43,657 nucleotides of DNA, taken from IMG/VR virus record IMGVR_UViG_3300048861_000128, positions 1 through 43,657 of that record. One strand, given 5' to 3'. This DNA comes from a virus. Taxonomy: Duplodnaviria > Caudoviricetes. Both the position numbers and the translations under genes were made by a program. Positions within the stretch are counted from its first letter, which is position 1. The number at the start of each line of letters is the position of its first letter. Under the pieces are notes generated by a model that made no database searches, was not told the origin of the DNA, and worked only from the letters and a program-made list of their open reading frames with translations. This document shows positions 1 through 9,519 of the stretch, in pieces.

Positions 1-1
1 T

Positions 2-263
2 CGCCGCGCCCTCGGGCTGCAGCAGGTCGAGGCGCTGTCGCGCCTGGCCGAGATCGGCATGCAGTTGGCCGAGGGAGCCGGTGCCCGTGCACTGGCAGCC
101 CAAGTGGCGGCCGCCCAGGCCGATTCCGGCGGACACCCGGCGGAGGACGCCGCCCCCAGAGTCGAGGATCCCAGGGCGGAAGACCCCACGGTCCAGGCCC
201 GGGAGGCCGGGACGGCCTTCGCCCGCTATGCCCTGCTGGTGCAGCGATCCCTGGCGCAGCGCA
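2..263 (+). pseudogene. 5' part of a host hypothetical gene interrupted by the prophage (starts upstream of the window)
   Basis: Open frame RRALGLQQVEALSRLAEIGM...LVQRSLAQR joins in frame to SRAIDSLCARE... at 42881 once the phage and one TSD copy are removed. Confidence 0.85.
259..263. repeat. Target-site duplication GCGCA (left copy)
   Basis: Identical to 42877-42881 and directly adjacent to the terminal TG; 5 bp is the Mu-type TSD length. Confidence 0.93.
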
Positions 264-268
264 TGTAG

Positions 269-312
269 CGCGCCAAAAAACTTGAGTCGGCGCGCCGGTA
301 ATTCTGAATCTG
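269..312 (+). repeat. Two tandem 22-bp transposase-binding sites (R1/R2 equivalents)
   Basis: CGCGCCAAAAAACTTGAGTCGG (269-290) and CGCGCCGGTAATTCTGAATCTG (291-312), starting 5 bp inside the end. Confidence 0.8.
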
Positions 313-361
313 GCGGAAGGGACGTTTGAGGGTGCTTTAAGCCCCTGAGAATGGGGTGTCA

Positions 362-601
362 TTACCTGGTGCCAGGCACCCGCCGCGCCGCCCCCGATCG
401 CACCCCGATATAGACGACGCCCTTGTGGTGGCAGTGACGGCATTTGAGGCGCCTCTGCAGCTCGCCCAACGTCACCTGCTCCCCGAAGGCTACCGCGATG
501 GCTAGCAGGTCCGGCTCGGCCTCCCGGCCACACCGGCACCGCACGACAACGAAGTGGTCATTGACCAAACAGGCGCCGACGGTGTCGATGACGATGCTCA
601 T
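362..601 (-). CDS. Small Cys-rich (zinc-ribbon-like) hypothetical protein
   Basis: MSIVIDTVGAC...CRCG...LKCRHCHH; ATG at 601 preferred over the longer ORF start. Confidence 0.65.
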   Translation of the reverse strand: MSIVIDTVGACLVNDHFVVVRCRCGREAEPDLLAIAVAFGEQVTLGELQRRLKCRHCHHKGVVYIGVRSGAARRVPGTR

Positions 602-725
602 GCCGACGAGGGTAGGAGCGCGGCAGGCCGGAGTCGACGCCCAAGGCCGACCCGCCGCGCTGATCAAACTTCACCTATCCAAGAACCGCGGCCGGCCGGG
701 GCCAGCCTGTAGAACCGTCCTACGC

Positions 726-3626
726 CTAGACGCCGGCAACCTTGCAGGCGAGCCAAGCCGCGTAGACCTCATTGACCTGGGTCCGCGTGAGATCGTGATA
801 GTTGTGGGTCTGGTCGGTGATCGTCTTCGTCGCCGCACCGGTCACCGGGTCGGCGGCGCCGGTCGTCACCCACCCGTAGTCCTGGCTCATGTGTGCCCAG
901 GCCGGCAGGATGTCGACCTTGGCCCGGTCCGGGGCGGACAGGCTCGCCCGGTAGGCCATGATCGCCTTGATCACCCCGACATATTGCGGCCACTTCACAT
1001 CCCGGGTGGAGTTGGGGAAGGTCTGGAACGCCAGGCCTACGTGCTGCACCCCATCGGCCAGCATCGAACCGACGAAGATCTGCAGCGCCTTCGTCAGCCA
1101 TGCCGCATCGTCTGGCGCCGGGAAGAGGTTGAGGTCGCCAGTCCCCAAATTGAACAAGGCATGGGTCGGCAGCGGCAGCACGCCGAGTGCGGTCGAGGCC
1201 CAGCGATTGCGGAAGAAGTTGAAGTCGACAATGTAGCCGTTGAACACCTTCGCCGGATCATCGCCGCCGGTCGCGACCCGCAGATACACGTTGAAGGTCA
1301 ACTTCGTCGTCGCAGTCGGATGGTCGGGATCGACATCATCGAGATAGCCGAGATAGGCCGTCTCCTGCCCCACAGCCAGTGGCTGGGTCAGGCCCGCAGG
1401 CTGCCCCGGCTGGGCCGGTAAGGTGATGGCGTTGATCAGGCTGGCGCCAGACCAGCCGCCATAGGCGACGTTGCCGAGGCCGATCGAGGATTGACGCGGC
1501 CCGATGAAGTTCGCCGTGATGCCGATCGACGCCAGCTTGGACTTCAACTCCGCCTTGACCGCCTGAGGTGCCCACAGACTGTCACCGGTCATATGCAGCC
1601 CGATCGTGCCGCTGACAACAGCCGGCGCCTGGTGGACGATGACGCCCTCTCGGGTGTGCCGGTCATTGGCGGCGGAAATCCCCTCGCTGTAGCGGTTCGC
1701 CCAGATGTCCACGGTGGGACCCATACGGCTCGCGACGATCGGGATCGCCTTCCCATCGCTGTCCGGCGCGAAGGCCCGCACCTCGCCATTCGGCAGGGTC
1801 CGAAGGGAGCACAGCCCAGCCCGGAAATTCTTGCGGCGATTGCGCGGGCCGACGGCATTGAGCCCGTCCGGATAGATCTGCTGCTCGTGCTCCGGGTCGC
1901 TGCTCAACCACATGTCCGGCCCGTACAGCAGCTCCACCGCCGGGTCGGCCGCCAGGCCTTCGAGGTCGGTCACCCGGGCATTGAGGTCCCGCATGGGCGG
2001 GAAGTCGCCCAGATCGATCCAGGAAGGGTCGCTGCCCAGCACCCCTGCGAAATCATACTGGCCGCCGGTGATGACGATATCAGCCGCTGGGTTGTTGTTC
2101 GTGACGCCCAGATAGATCTTCGTCCACGGCGAGGCCTGGTCGACCAGCGAGGTCAATGGATCGGGTACGTCGAATGTGATCAGGAAGCGCGCCGCCTTGC
2201 TGGATAGCTTCTTTTCGAGCGCCATGGTGGCGGTCAGGAACGCGGCACCGCCGGCCTTCTCGAATCGAGCCTGCGGGAGGTTTCCGAAATAATCGTCGAT
2301 GTTGGTCTGCACGTGCAGCCGGGTGGCATAGCGCTGTGGCGACCGGCCATCCGGGATCACGTCGCCCACGAACACGAAGGGGCTGCCAGGCGCTCCCTGG
2401 ACGTTCCTCATGCCCTTTGTGAAGCCCAGCGCCAGCAGGTTCGGTTCGGTGATGTCGACTTCCTGGGCCTGCGCCGGGAACAGCTTGAACGGGGCCAGGA
2501 TCGGCCGCTTGCCCCAGCCGCAACGATTGACGCCCCGGCCGTTATGAGGATAGGGCGACCAGAAGGTGCCCGCGATCGATCGACCCAGGAAAACCGCATC
2601 GCCCTGCGGGTTGTAGGGCGCCGCGCCGGGCGCCGACGCCTGGATCGTGTTCGTTCGCGTGTCGAGCCAATAGGTGATCGGGTTACTAGTGCTCGCCGTG
2701 CCAGCCACCTCTTCCCACAGCTCCCCATTGGCCGGGGTGTGGGAGATGCCCGACAGACCACGCCGCAGATACAGCATGGCCGGGAAGCGCACCTTCAGCT
2801 CGGACCGGGACCAGGCGATCGGCCGCGACAGCGTCAGCGCGCCGATCTGCTGCGGGTCGACGTCCAGCAGTTCGAACGGGCAATAGAAGCCCTCGCCCCA
2901 GAACACGGCCAGCGGCACGATCCGCGTCGAATCCATCGCCGGCAGCGTCATGTCGCCCGACACCGCGACCACCGTCTTGTAGGTGTTGTCGTTCAGATCG
3001 AGATAGACGTAGGTCCGGTCGGTGGACGAGATGTCGAGCCGCACGAAACCGGGCAGCGCCGTGCTGTCGGGCCCGATGGTTAGGTTTGCTGCCGGCCCCG
3101 TGCCGCGCTTGATGAAGATCGGGCGCGCGAGATAGAGGCTGTAGAAGCCGGGCGTGACGTTGCCGCCATAGAGATTGCTCCGGTCGATCCGCCCCCGGCT
3201 GCCGAACACTATGGCCTCGAGCAGGATCCTGTTGACCTGGTCAACGCTCGACTGCAGCGCCGCCGCCTTGTCGACCGTCTTCGTCCAGCCCGTGCCGGGG
3301 CCATCCCAGCGGTAGACGCCGTTCCGGGCATCAGTGTCGCTGCCGACCTCATACATGGCACCGATGCCCTGCGACGGTGTCGCCGGCAGATTGGCGAACA
3401 GAGGCACACCCACATGGCCGCTGGCCTGCGCCGACCGGATGGCGACGAGCTGCGCCATCCACTGGCCTAGTGTCCGGACTTCCGGGCTGCCTTCGGCAAC
3501 CACCGACATAAAATCCGCCAGCAGATCGGCGAGGTCGTTGACCAGGATGTTGGCGATATCGTCGTTGAAGACGCCAGTGACCTTGTCGACCACCTGTGCC
3601 ATCGGAAAATCAACCTGACGCGTCAT
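726..3626 (-). CDS. Tailspike/receptor-binding protein with C-terminal SGNH/GDSL hydrolase-like domain
   Basis: 966 aa, last tail gene; N-terminal NGVYRWDG...WTK head; motifs MTGDSL, YGGWS, NLGTGD, DQTH. Confidence 0.72.
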   Translation of the reverse strand: MTRQVDFPMAQVVDKVTGVFNDDIANILVNDLADLLADFMSVVAEGSPEVRTLGQWMAQLVAIRSAQASGHVGVPLFANLPATPSQGIGAMYEVGSDTDARNGVYRWDGPGTGWTKTVDKAAALQSSVDQVNRILLEAIVFGSRGRIDRSNLYGGNVTPGFYSLYLARPIFIKRGTGPAANLTIGPDSTALPGFVRLDISSTDRTYVYLDLNDNTYKTVVAVSGDMTLPAMDSTRIVPLAVFWGEGFYCPFELLDVDPQQIGALTLSRPIAWSRSELKVRFPAMLYLRRGLSGISHTPANGELWEEVAGTASTSNPITYWLDTRTNTIQASAPGAAPYNPQGDAVFLGRSIAGTFWSPYPHNGRGVNRCGWGKRPILAPFKLFPAQAQEVDITEPNLLALGFTKGMRNVQGAPGSPFVFVGDVIPDGRSPQRYATRLHVQTNIDDYFGNLPQARFEKAGGAAFLTATMALEKKLSSKAARFLITFDVPDPLTSLVDQASPWTKIYLGVTNNNPAADIVITGGQYDFAGVLGSDPSWIDLGDFPPMRDLNARVTDLEGLAADPAVELLYGPDMWLSSDPEHEQQIYPDGLNAVGPRNRRKNFRAGLCSLRTLPNGEVRAFAPDSDGKAIPIVASRMGPTVDIWANRYSEGISAANDRHTREGVIVHQAPAVVSGTIGLHMTGDSLWAPQAVKAELKSKLASIGITANFIGPRQSSIGLGNVAYGGWSGASLINAITLPAQPGQPAGLTQPLAVGQETAYLGYLDDVDPDHPTATTKLTFNVYLRVATGGDDPAKVFNGYIVDFNFFRNRWASTALGVLPLPTHALFNLGTGDLNLFPAPDDAAWLTKALQIFVGSMLADGVQHVGLAFQTFPNSTRDVKWPQYVGVIKAIMAYRASLSAPDRAKVDILPAWAHMSQDYGWVTTGAADPVTGAATKTITDQTHNYHDLTRTQVNEVYAAWLACKVAGV

Positions 3627-3645
3627 GCCCTGTTCCCCTTCCGCT

Positions 3646-6600
3646 TCACGGCAACGTCCAGGCCGACTTGGCCTGGAGCACCGCGTTGGCGGGCTTGGTT
3701 TTGCCCCACTTGAGGCGTTCGATATCGAGGTCGCCGGCGCCGACCTGCAGCACGACGGGCGTGCCGGTCGGGACGGTTCCGCTGGTCACCGGCGCGGCCA
3801 GGTTGCCGTTGGCGGCGAAACCCTTGTCCGCCGCCTTGAAGCCGTACAGGCCCTGGACGGTGCTGGTGATCGTGAGGCTGGCCACGTTGGCGAAGCCTTG
3901 GCTGGTTCCGCCCACCAGCGAGCCGCCGCGGGCGCTGGCCGGGCTCACGAACTGAACGACGTTGTAGTTTGCAGCGTCGGCCGACAGCGCCTGCAGGATC
4001 ACGCTGTTGGCGGTCGAGCCGGCGATCTGCCGGGCCCGGAAGCCCATGACACCCTCGGCCGTGCCCCAATCGGCGGCGCCCGTCGTGCGCTTAATCACCG
4101 GGGCCGCCTGGGTCGCTGTGGCGCCGGCGATGATGATCGGGGCGGCCAGATACAAGCCGACCGAGAGGTCGTTGAGGATGAACCGCACCTTCTTGCCGGG
4201 GGGTGCGGCGATCCGGATCTGATTTGTGACGGCGGTCGGGGTGAATGACCCCGAGACGCGCACCCATGGCGTTGAGGCGGCGAAGGTCGCCAGGGCCGTG
4301 CCGGTGGAGGTCTCCAGACGGCCGCTGGTCCCCTGCACGAAGGCCGAGCCCCAATGCAGGCTGGTGGTATCGAGCGCCTGGCCGCCTGGCGTGGCGAATG
4401 CGTCGGTGGTGCCGAGGGTGTTGTCCAATTCGAAGACATTGCCGCCCAGCGTGCCGTCGGCGGCCAGGGCGGCCAGCACCGACCCGGCGAACGACCCGGC
4501 CACGGCGTTCAGCGTTGCTGCCGCATCGCCGCTCTTGACCAGGTTGACCGGTACGCCGGCGGCCGGCGCCGCGTTGTAGTTCGTGTTCCGGTTGGTCCGG
4601 TTGGCGTTGGCGGTGCGCAGCGGCAGCCCGACGCCCAGCGGCAGGACGTTCGCCGCGATCTTCGACCAGGTGCCATCGGCATTGACCACCAGCTGGGCCG
4701 GCGACGTGATGATGTCGAACAGGCCCGCCCAGCCGCTGACTGCCGCATCCACCTGCGTCGCCCCGAGGCGATACCGGCGGCGCGGGAAATCGACATCCAC
4801 GGCCATGTCCGGATCATCCCAGGTCACGGTCAGCACAACGGGGAGCGACAGACCGGAGCTGGAACCATTGACCGTCTGAGAGGCGGTGATGACACGCGGC
4901 CCGACGACCAGGTCGGCGAGTTGCGCCGACCAGTTGCCGACCAGGTCGGCCGAGGCCGTCGCGACCTGGCTACCGTCAACGAAGACGCGGATTGCTGCCG
5001 ACGGCTCGGCTGTGCCGGTGATCGCGGGGTTGCTGTTGCCGATCGTCGCCGGCAGCGTGGTGATCGTCGGTGCCGGCGCGACGATGCCCGGGCCCAGGGC
5101 CCTGGTGATGAGCTTGGGATTGGCACTGACCAAGCCGGAGCGGTTCTGACCGACGGCGCCGAAGGTCCAGGTACCTGCCGGCCCAGGTTCGGATGTATCC
5201 CACGGGCTGGAGCCGAGCGGACCGGTGTTCAACGGGTTGAGGGAAGCCCAAGGCAACCCGGCGCCGAGCCCATAGCGGATCTGGACCCCGACCAGGTCCG
5301 GCGGCAACCCGGTGCCGTCCGGATCGGCGAAGGACCACACGAAGTGCCGGGTGCCGCTGGCCAGCCTGGTCACCTCGAACGTCGCAACATCCGGCGGCTG
5401 CATCGTCCGGGAAAGCACGGTGTACTCGATCATCGGCGACCACAGCGACGGCTTGCCAGTCGTGCCCCAGGCCTTCAGGCGCAACTGAATGACGTCGGCG
5501 GCGGCATAGGTGAGAAGCCACGCCGACGTCTGGGCCGCCGGGATCGTCACGCTCGACCATCCGGACAACGAGCCCTTCATCCGGTGCTGCAGCTCGAAAT
5601 GATCGGTCGGCACCGGCGCGCCATAGCCTGCACCGACGCCGACGATCACGGGCTGCAACACCGTGCCATCGTCGCCTATCACCTGCGCCTGGTCGCCGGA
5701 CAGGATGGACGTGATCTTCGGTGTCGCCGGCGAATCATCCGACGGTGACGGCTCCCGCGGCACCCACACCGGCGGCACCAGGCTGTCGGCCGCGTCGATC
5801 TCCGGCGCCATGTCGACCATCACCAGGCGTGCGACGAAATCGCCCTGCCGCTCGATCGACTTGACGATCAGCGGCTTGCTCTCCCGGTCCGCCTCGCCGA
5901 AGAAGAAGATCTCGCCGGCGGCGGGCAGGTCGCCAGGGCCGAACAGCCGGATCAGCCGCGTCTCGCCCGGCTTGCACACGACCGAACGGACGTTCTGGCT
6001 GCCGTCCTCACGCGTGAAGCGCACCGCGTACAGCTTGCCGGCCTCCATGGTCACCGGCTCGTCCAGTCGCACCCACCACACCGCGCCGGCGCCGCCGGTC
6101 TGCATCACCCGCCCGGTCTGGCCGGCCGGCAGGCGCAGGAAGTCGTGGGCCACCTGAATTCGGTCGCCGCGGTCGCAGATCAAATCCAGCCAGCGGACAT
6201 TGACGCTGTATTCAACGGGCCGGTACTGCAGCTCCAGCAAGTCGCGCTGCACGTCCTTCCAGATCTGGTCGGCATGAACGACGCCCGGCTTTTCGGCGGT
6301 TTCGATGTTGACGACGGCGAGCGGATCCACGCCCTGGCGGACCACCAGGCGCTGGGCATCGGTGTTGTAGTTGCCGGCGGCATCGACGAAGCGGCACATC
6401 ACCGCGTCGGGGATGGACCGGTCCGACTTCACGATCTTGAAGCCCCAGCTGTTCTGCGGCCCAAGCGCCTGCACCACCAGGTCGCTGGGCTGGTCGATCA
6501 CCACCGTCTCCAGCCCGTCGACCCAGTCCGGCGTGGCGTGGCCGGCCGCTGCGATGTCTTGCAGCAGCTGGTCGACGCCGGCCACGAAGTCCCGCACCTG

Positions 6601-8148
6601 GTTGAACTCCAGCCCGCGCAGGCGGCAGTAGTCGTGCCATTCCTGCAGCTTCGGCAGGTCGATCTCATCATCCCCGATCCGGGCTTCGTTACCGGGATGC
6701 TGCAGGATGTAGCGGTAGAGGCTGGCCGGGTTGCTGGTCTCCCGCTCGATCCAGTTCCCGGTGGCGGTGTCCCAGTCCAGGCAGCGCGACGTGGAGATGC
6801 AATTGAAGGTGTCGACAACGCCGCTCAACTGGCCGGTCATCTTGATGCGCAGCACCGTCTCCGCCAGCGGGTACGGGAACGAATGCGCCGGCTGGTGGGT
6901 GAACGACCGCAGCGTTTCCCAGACGATATTCTTGGCCTGGCTCTCGTCCTCGGTGCAGCGCATCCCGATGTCGAACTGGCCGCGGCCGCCGGCGGGCACG
7001 ACCCTGGTGCCCTTGCGGAATGGCTCCTGCTTCTTCTCCTGCACGTCGAACGTGCCGATCGGGATCCAGTCGACGGCGCCGACCGGGCGGTAGCGGGCCG
7101 CTACGACGCCGGAGGCTTCCTTCAGCTTGCCGTTCGCGCCGACCTTGAACAGTCCGCCGGCATAGATCCACTGCAGCGTGAACTCGTCGACGCCGGGGGC
7201 GGTGCGCTCCACAACCCAGTCGTCGCCCTCCACCAGGCGATGGCTGAACTGTTCTTCGTTCGTCAGACCCGTGACCAACGTCAGGGGTGCGTCGCCTGCC
7301 AGGCCGTCCCGTTCCTCAAGGTCATAGTCGTCGAAGTCGGTCAGCAGGGTTTCGCCGATCTTGTGATCCTGGCGCCCCACCGGCCCGTAGCCGTAGGTGA
7401 AGTGCATCCGCACGTACTGGTCGTCGCCGACCAGCTCGGTGAACGGCTTGGTGACGAAATTCGGGGCCTGTCTGTTGCGCCCCAGCGGGATGGGCACGGC
7501 GCCGTTCTTGTTGGCGACGTTGCGGGTGCCGCCATAGCTGTAGGTCGGGCTCGGCGAACTCTGCGCCAGCGAAGGCGGTCGCCGCGGGATCAGCATGTTC
7601 AGGGCCAGGCTGCCGAGCGTGGCGATGCCGAGCGTGGCCGCAGCACTGACCGCCGAGAACGTGGCCAGGCTCGCCCCGAAGCCCAGGGCGCCTGCTGTCG
7701 CCGCGGCGCTGGCGGTGGTCCCCAGGATGGCGCCGGCGGCCAGCGGTCCCGCCCACGCGGCCGCCGCCACGATGGCGACCGACAGCACGATGCGCAGGGC
7801 ATCGCCGCCCTCGTGGATCAGCCGGAACGACAGCACCGTGCCAGCCTTGGGATAGGTCCGGTGCCAGACCTTCGGGTCGACCCGCTCCGGCCCGATGAAG
7901 GCGCGGCCGAACTGCAGCAGGTCAGGGTCGATCCGGCCGCCGCAGGCCTGGCCGATCATCTCGGCCACGCTCTGCCCGGGTCGGCCCAGGCACTGCACCC
8001 GCTCCAGTCGGAACGGCGTTGGGCAGCCGATCACGGTCACGCCGGCTGCGGCGGCCCCCGCCGGCGTCCAACCCCGGCCGGCCTTGGCCCGCACCCGTGG
8101 CTTCGGTGCCGCCTGGGGAGGAGCAGGCACGCGGGCGGCTGCGGTCAT
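3646..8148 (-). CDS. Tail tip/host-specificity protein (TipJ, lambda I+J-like) with FN3/Ig-like and C-terminal beta-rich domains
   Basis: ~1500 aa; GAVPIPLGR, TSNPASLYRYIL, FNQVRD and GDRIQVAHD motifs; PAITGTAEP...GNWS Ig-like repeat; ATG at 8148 overlaps the upstream stop. Confidence 0.85.
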   Translation of the reverse strand: MTAAARVPAPPQAAPKPRVRAKAGRGWTPAGAAAAGVTVIGCPTPFRLERVQCLGRPGQSVAEMIGQACGGRIDPDLLQFGRAFIGPERVDPKVWHRTYPKAGTVLSFRLIHEGGDALRIVLSVAIVAAAAWAGPLAAGAILGTTASAAATAGALGFGASLATFSAVSAAATLGIATLGSLALNMLIPRRPPSLAQSSPSPTYSYGGTRNVANKNGAVPIPLGRNRQAPNFVTKPFTELVGDDQYVRMHFTYGYGPVGRQDHKIGETLLTDFDDYDLEERDGLAGDAPLTLVTGLTNEEQFSHRLVEGDDWVVERTAPGVDEFTLQWIYAGGLFKVGANGKLKEASGVVAARYRPVGAVDWIPIGTFDVQEKKQEPFRKGTRVVPAGGRGQFDIGMRCTEDESQAKNIVWETLRSFTHQPAHSFPYPLAETVLRIKMTGQLSGVVDTFNCISTSRCLDWDTATGNWIERETSNPASLYRYILQHPGNEARIGDDEIDLPKLQEWHDYCRLRGLEFNQVRDFVAGVDQLLQDIAAAGHATPDWVDGLETVVIDQPSDLVVQALGPQNSWGFKIVKSDRSIPDAVMCRFVDAAGNYNTDAQRLVVRQGVDPLAVVNIETAEKPGVVHADQIWKDVQRDLLELQYRPVEYSVNVRWLDLICDRGDRIQVAHDFLRLPAGQTGRVMQTGGAGAVWWVRLDEPVTMEAGKLYAVRFTREDGSQNVRSVVCKPGETRLIRLFGPGDLPAAGEIFFFGEADRESKPLIVKSIERQGDFVARLVMVDMAPEIDAADSLVPPVWVPREPSPSDDSPATPKITSILSGDQAQVIGDDGTVLQPVIVGVGAGYGAPVPTDHFELQHRMKGSLSGWSSVTIPAAQTSAWLLTYAAADVIQLRLKAWGTTGKPSLWSPMIEYTVLSRTMQPPDVATFEVTRLASGTRHFVWSFADPDGTGLPPDLVGVQIRYGLGAGLPWASLNPLNTGPLGSSPWDTSEPGPAGTWTFGAVGQNRSGLVSANPKLITRALGPGIVAPAPTITTLPATIGNSNPAITGTAEPSAAIRVFVDGSQVATASADLVGNWSAQLADLVVGPRVITASQTVNGSSSGLSLPVVLTVTWDDPDMAVDVDFPRRRYRLGATQVDAAVSGWAGLFDIITSPAQLVVNADGTWSKIAANVLPLGVGLPLRTANANRTNRNTNYNAAPAAGVPVNLVKSGDAAATLNAVAGSFAGSVLAALAADGTLGGNVFELDNTLGTTDAFATPGGQALDTTSLHWGSAFVQGTSGRLETSTGTALATFAASTPWVRVSGSFTPTAVTNQIRIAAPPGKKVRFILNDLSVGLYLAAPIIIAGATATQAAPVIKRTTGAADWGTAEGVMGFRARQIAGSTANSVILQALSADAANYNVVQFVSPASARGGSLVGGTSQGFANVASLTITSTVQGLYGFKAADKGFAANGNLAAPVTSGTVPTGTPVVLQVGAGDLDIERLKWGKTKPANAVLQAKSAWTLP

Positions 8149-8558
8149 GCCTGCAGCCCAATCCAGCGCCAGGCACCGACCACCTTGCCGGCCCATTCGC
8201 CATTGTCCCAGCGGGGCATTTCCGAGAAGCCGCCGCGCGGGATGTGCAGCATCCGCCGGGACGATACGACGATGCCGAGATGGGTCGGCCGGCCGTGGTC
8301 CAGCAGTTCCAGCACGTCGAACTCGCGGGCGGCGGCCAGGTCGATTCGCGTCGCCAGCTCGACGACCTCGCCGGCGATCGCCGCCTCGATCTGCGCCCGT
8401 TCATGCGTCGTCAGATAGGCCTCGTCGAAGGCCGGCAGGTCGGCGCCGCACTGTTCGCCCAGCACCAGGCGCACCAGGCCCCAGCAGTCGATGCCGGCAC
8501 GGGTGCGGCCCTTCTCCAACCAGGGCAAGTCGAGATACTGGGTCGACCAATGCTCCAT
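8145..8558 (-). CDS. NlpC/P60 tail assembly peptidase (lambda K-like)
   Basis: GRTRAGIDCWGLV catalytic Cys, HLGIV His, MLH motif; position in the tail-tip module. Confidence 0.88.
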   Translation of the reverse strand: MEHWSTQYLDLPWLEKGRTRAGIDCWGLVRLVLGEQCGADLPAFDEAYLTTHERAQIEAAIAGEVVELATRIDLAAAREFDVLELLDHGRPTHLGIVVSSRRMLHIPRGGFSEMPRWDNGEWAGKVVGAWRWIGLQA

Positions 8559-9097
8559 CAGAACAGCCCCGGGAAATAGGCTTCGCTGAAGGTCAGCGCC
8601 GGGATCGGTTCGCGCGCCCGGTTGTTGCGGGCCAGGTCGATCACCACGCTCGCGCCCTCGATGGTGTGGGTGACGGTCTGCAGCTTCGGCCACCGGCGCT
8701 CGACGACATCCGGAGTGGTCGAATAGACCAGCTCGATCAGCACGGTCGCCGGCGATGGGCTCAGCAGCGTCAGGTCGCTGACCCGGGCGGCCTCAAGCCC
8801 TGCGATATCGGCCGTATCGCGGTCGACCGAGATGTTGTCGAACATCAGTTGGCTCTTCGACGCGGTCTGCGCATCGGCGCCGGGCAGCCCCACCTGGGTC
8901 GGGATGTGCCAGAAGGTATTGCCGCGGCTGACCGTGCCGAACACCGGCGGATCCTGCTGCAGCTTCTTGCTCGGATCGGACGAGATCCGCAGCGGCGTCG
9001 GCAGCTCGGGATGGGTGATGGTGACCAGCGCGGCCAGCACCGTGTCGGTCTCGCGCGCCGTGCCCGCCTGGCGAAGGGTCAGGGAAACGATCCTCAT
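8558..9097 (-). CDS. Minor tail protein (DUF1833/lambda L-like)
   Basis: LVTITHPEL, FDNIS and C-terminal YFPGLF motifs; lies between the distal tail protein and NlpC. Confidence 0.72.
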   Translation of the reverse strand: MRIVSLTLRQAGTARETDTVLAALVTITHPELPTPLRISSDPSKKLQQDPPVFGTVSRGNTFWHIPTQVGLPGADAQTASKSQLMFDNISVDRDTADIAGLEAARVSDLTLLSPSPATVLIELVYSTTPDVVERRWPKLQTVTHTIEGASVVIDLARNNRAREPIPALTFSEAYFPGLF

Positions 9098-9519
9098 GAC
9101 GGGATCGCTTCCAGGCTCAGCGGCACGATCCACCACACCCCGTTGCGCCAGCCGGGATACTCCACCGGCTTGACGAAGCGGCACACCACGTGCGCCGAGA
9201 TCTCGATCGTCGACCCGTCGGCCGTGGTCACGGGGTTGCCCTGGGTGTCGAGCCACAGCGACCCGTGCACGCGGGGCCGCGGGAACGTCCAGACGTTGGC
9301 TCGGCCCTTCGCCTCGTACTGGTAGAACCGGTCCAGCCGGTCGCACTGCCAATCGCGCATGTCCATGTTGCCGACGAACAGCCGCGCGCCGGCGGTGTTG
9401 CGACGGCCGGCCATGGCGATGCCCAACTCGACGCCTGTCTCGCGGTCCAGGTTCGCCGGCGTTTCGCGATAGCCATCGGTGTTGAACCGCTGCGGCAGCT
9501 CGGGGGGCCAGATCAGCAC
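9094..9519 (-). CDS. Distal tail protein-like minor tail protein
   Basis: WPPELPQ start, directly downstream of the tape measure gene. Confidence 0.65.
   Translation of the reverse strand: MLIWPPELPQRFNTDGYRETPANLDRETGVELGIAMAGRRNTAGARLFVGNMDMRDWQCDRLDRFYQYEAKGRANVWTFPRPRVHGSLWLDTQGNPVTTADGSTIEISAHVVCRFVKPVEYPGWRNGVWWIVPLSLEAIPS

Noticed and set aside
59-268. 69-aa ORF as a complete gene
   Set aside because: Its stop is created by the phage terminus (ATG TAG at 263-268); it is part of the interrupted host gene.
313-361. Third transposase site (R3 equivalent) at the left end
   Set aside because: No convincing match to the 22-bp consensus in either orientation.
264-725. mom or DNA methyltransferase at the late end
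   Set aside because: Only a 79-aa Cys-rich ORF fits here; no methyltransferase or GNAT motifs.
726-8148. Diversity-generating retroelement or invertible tail-fibre segment
   Set aside because: No reverse transcriptase, no TR/VR pair, no invertase and no flanking inverted repeats were seen by eye.
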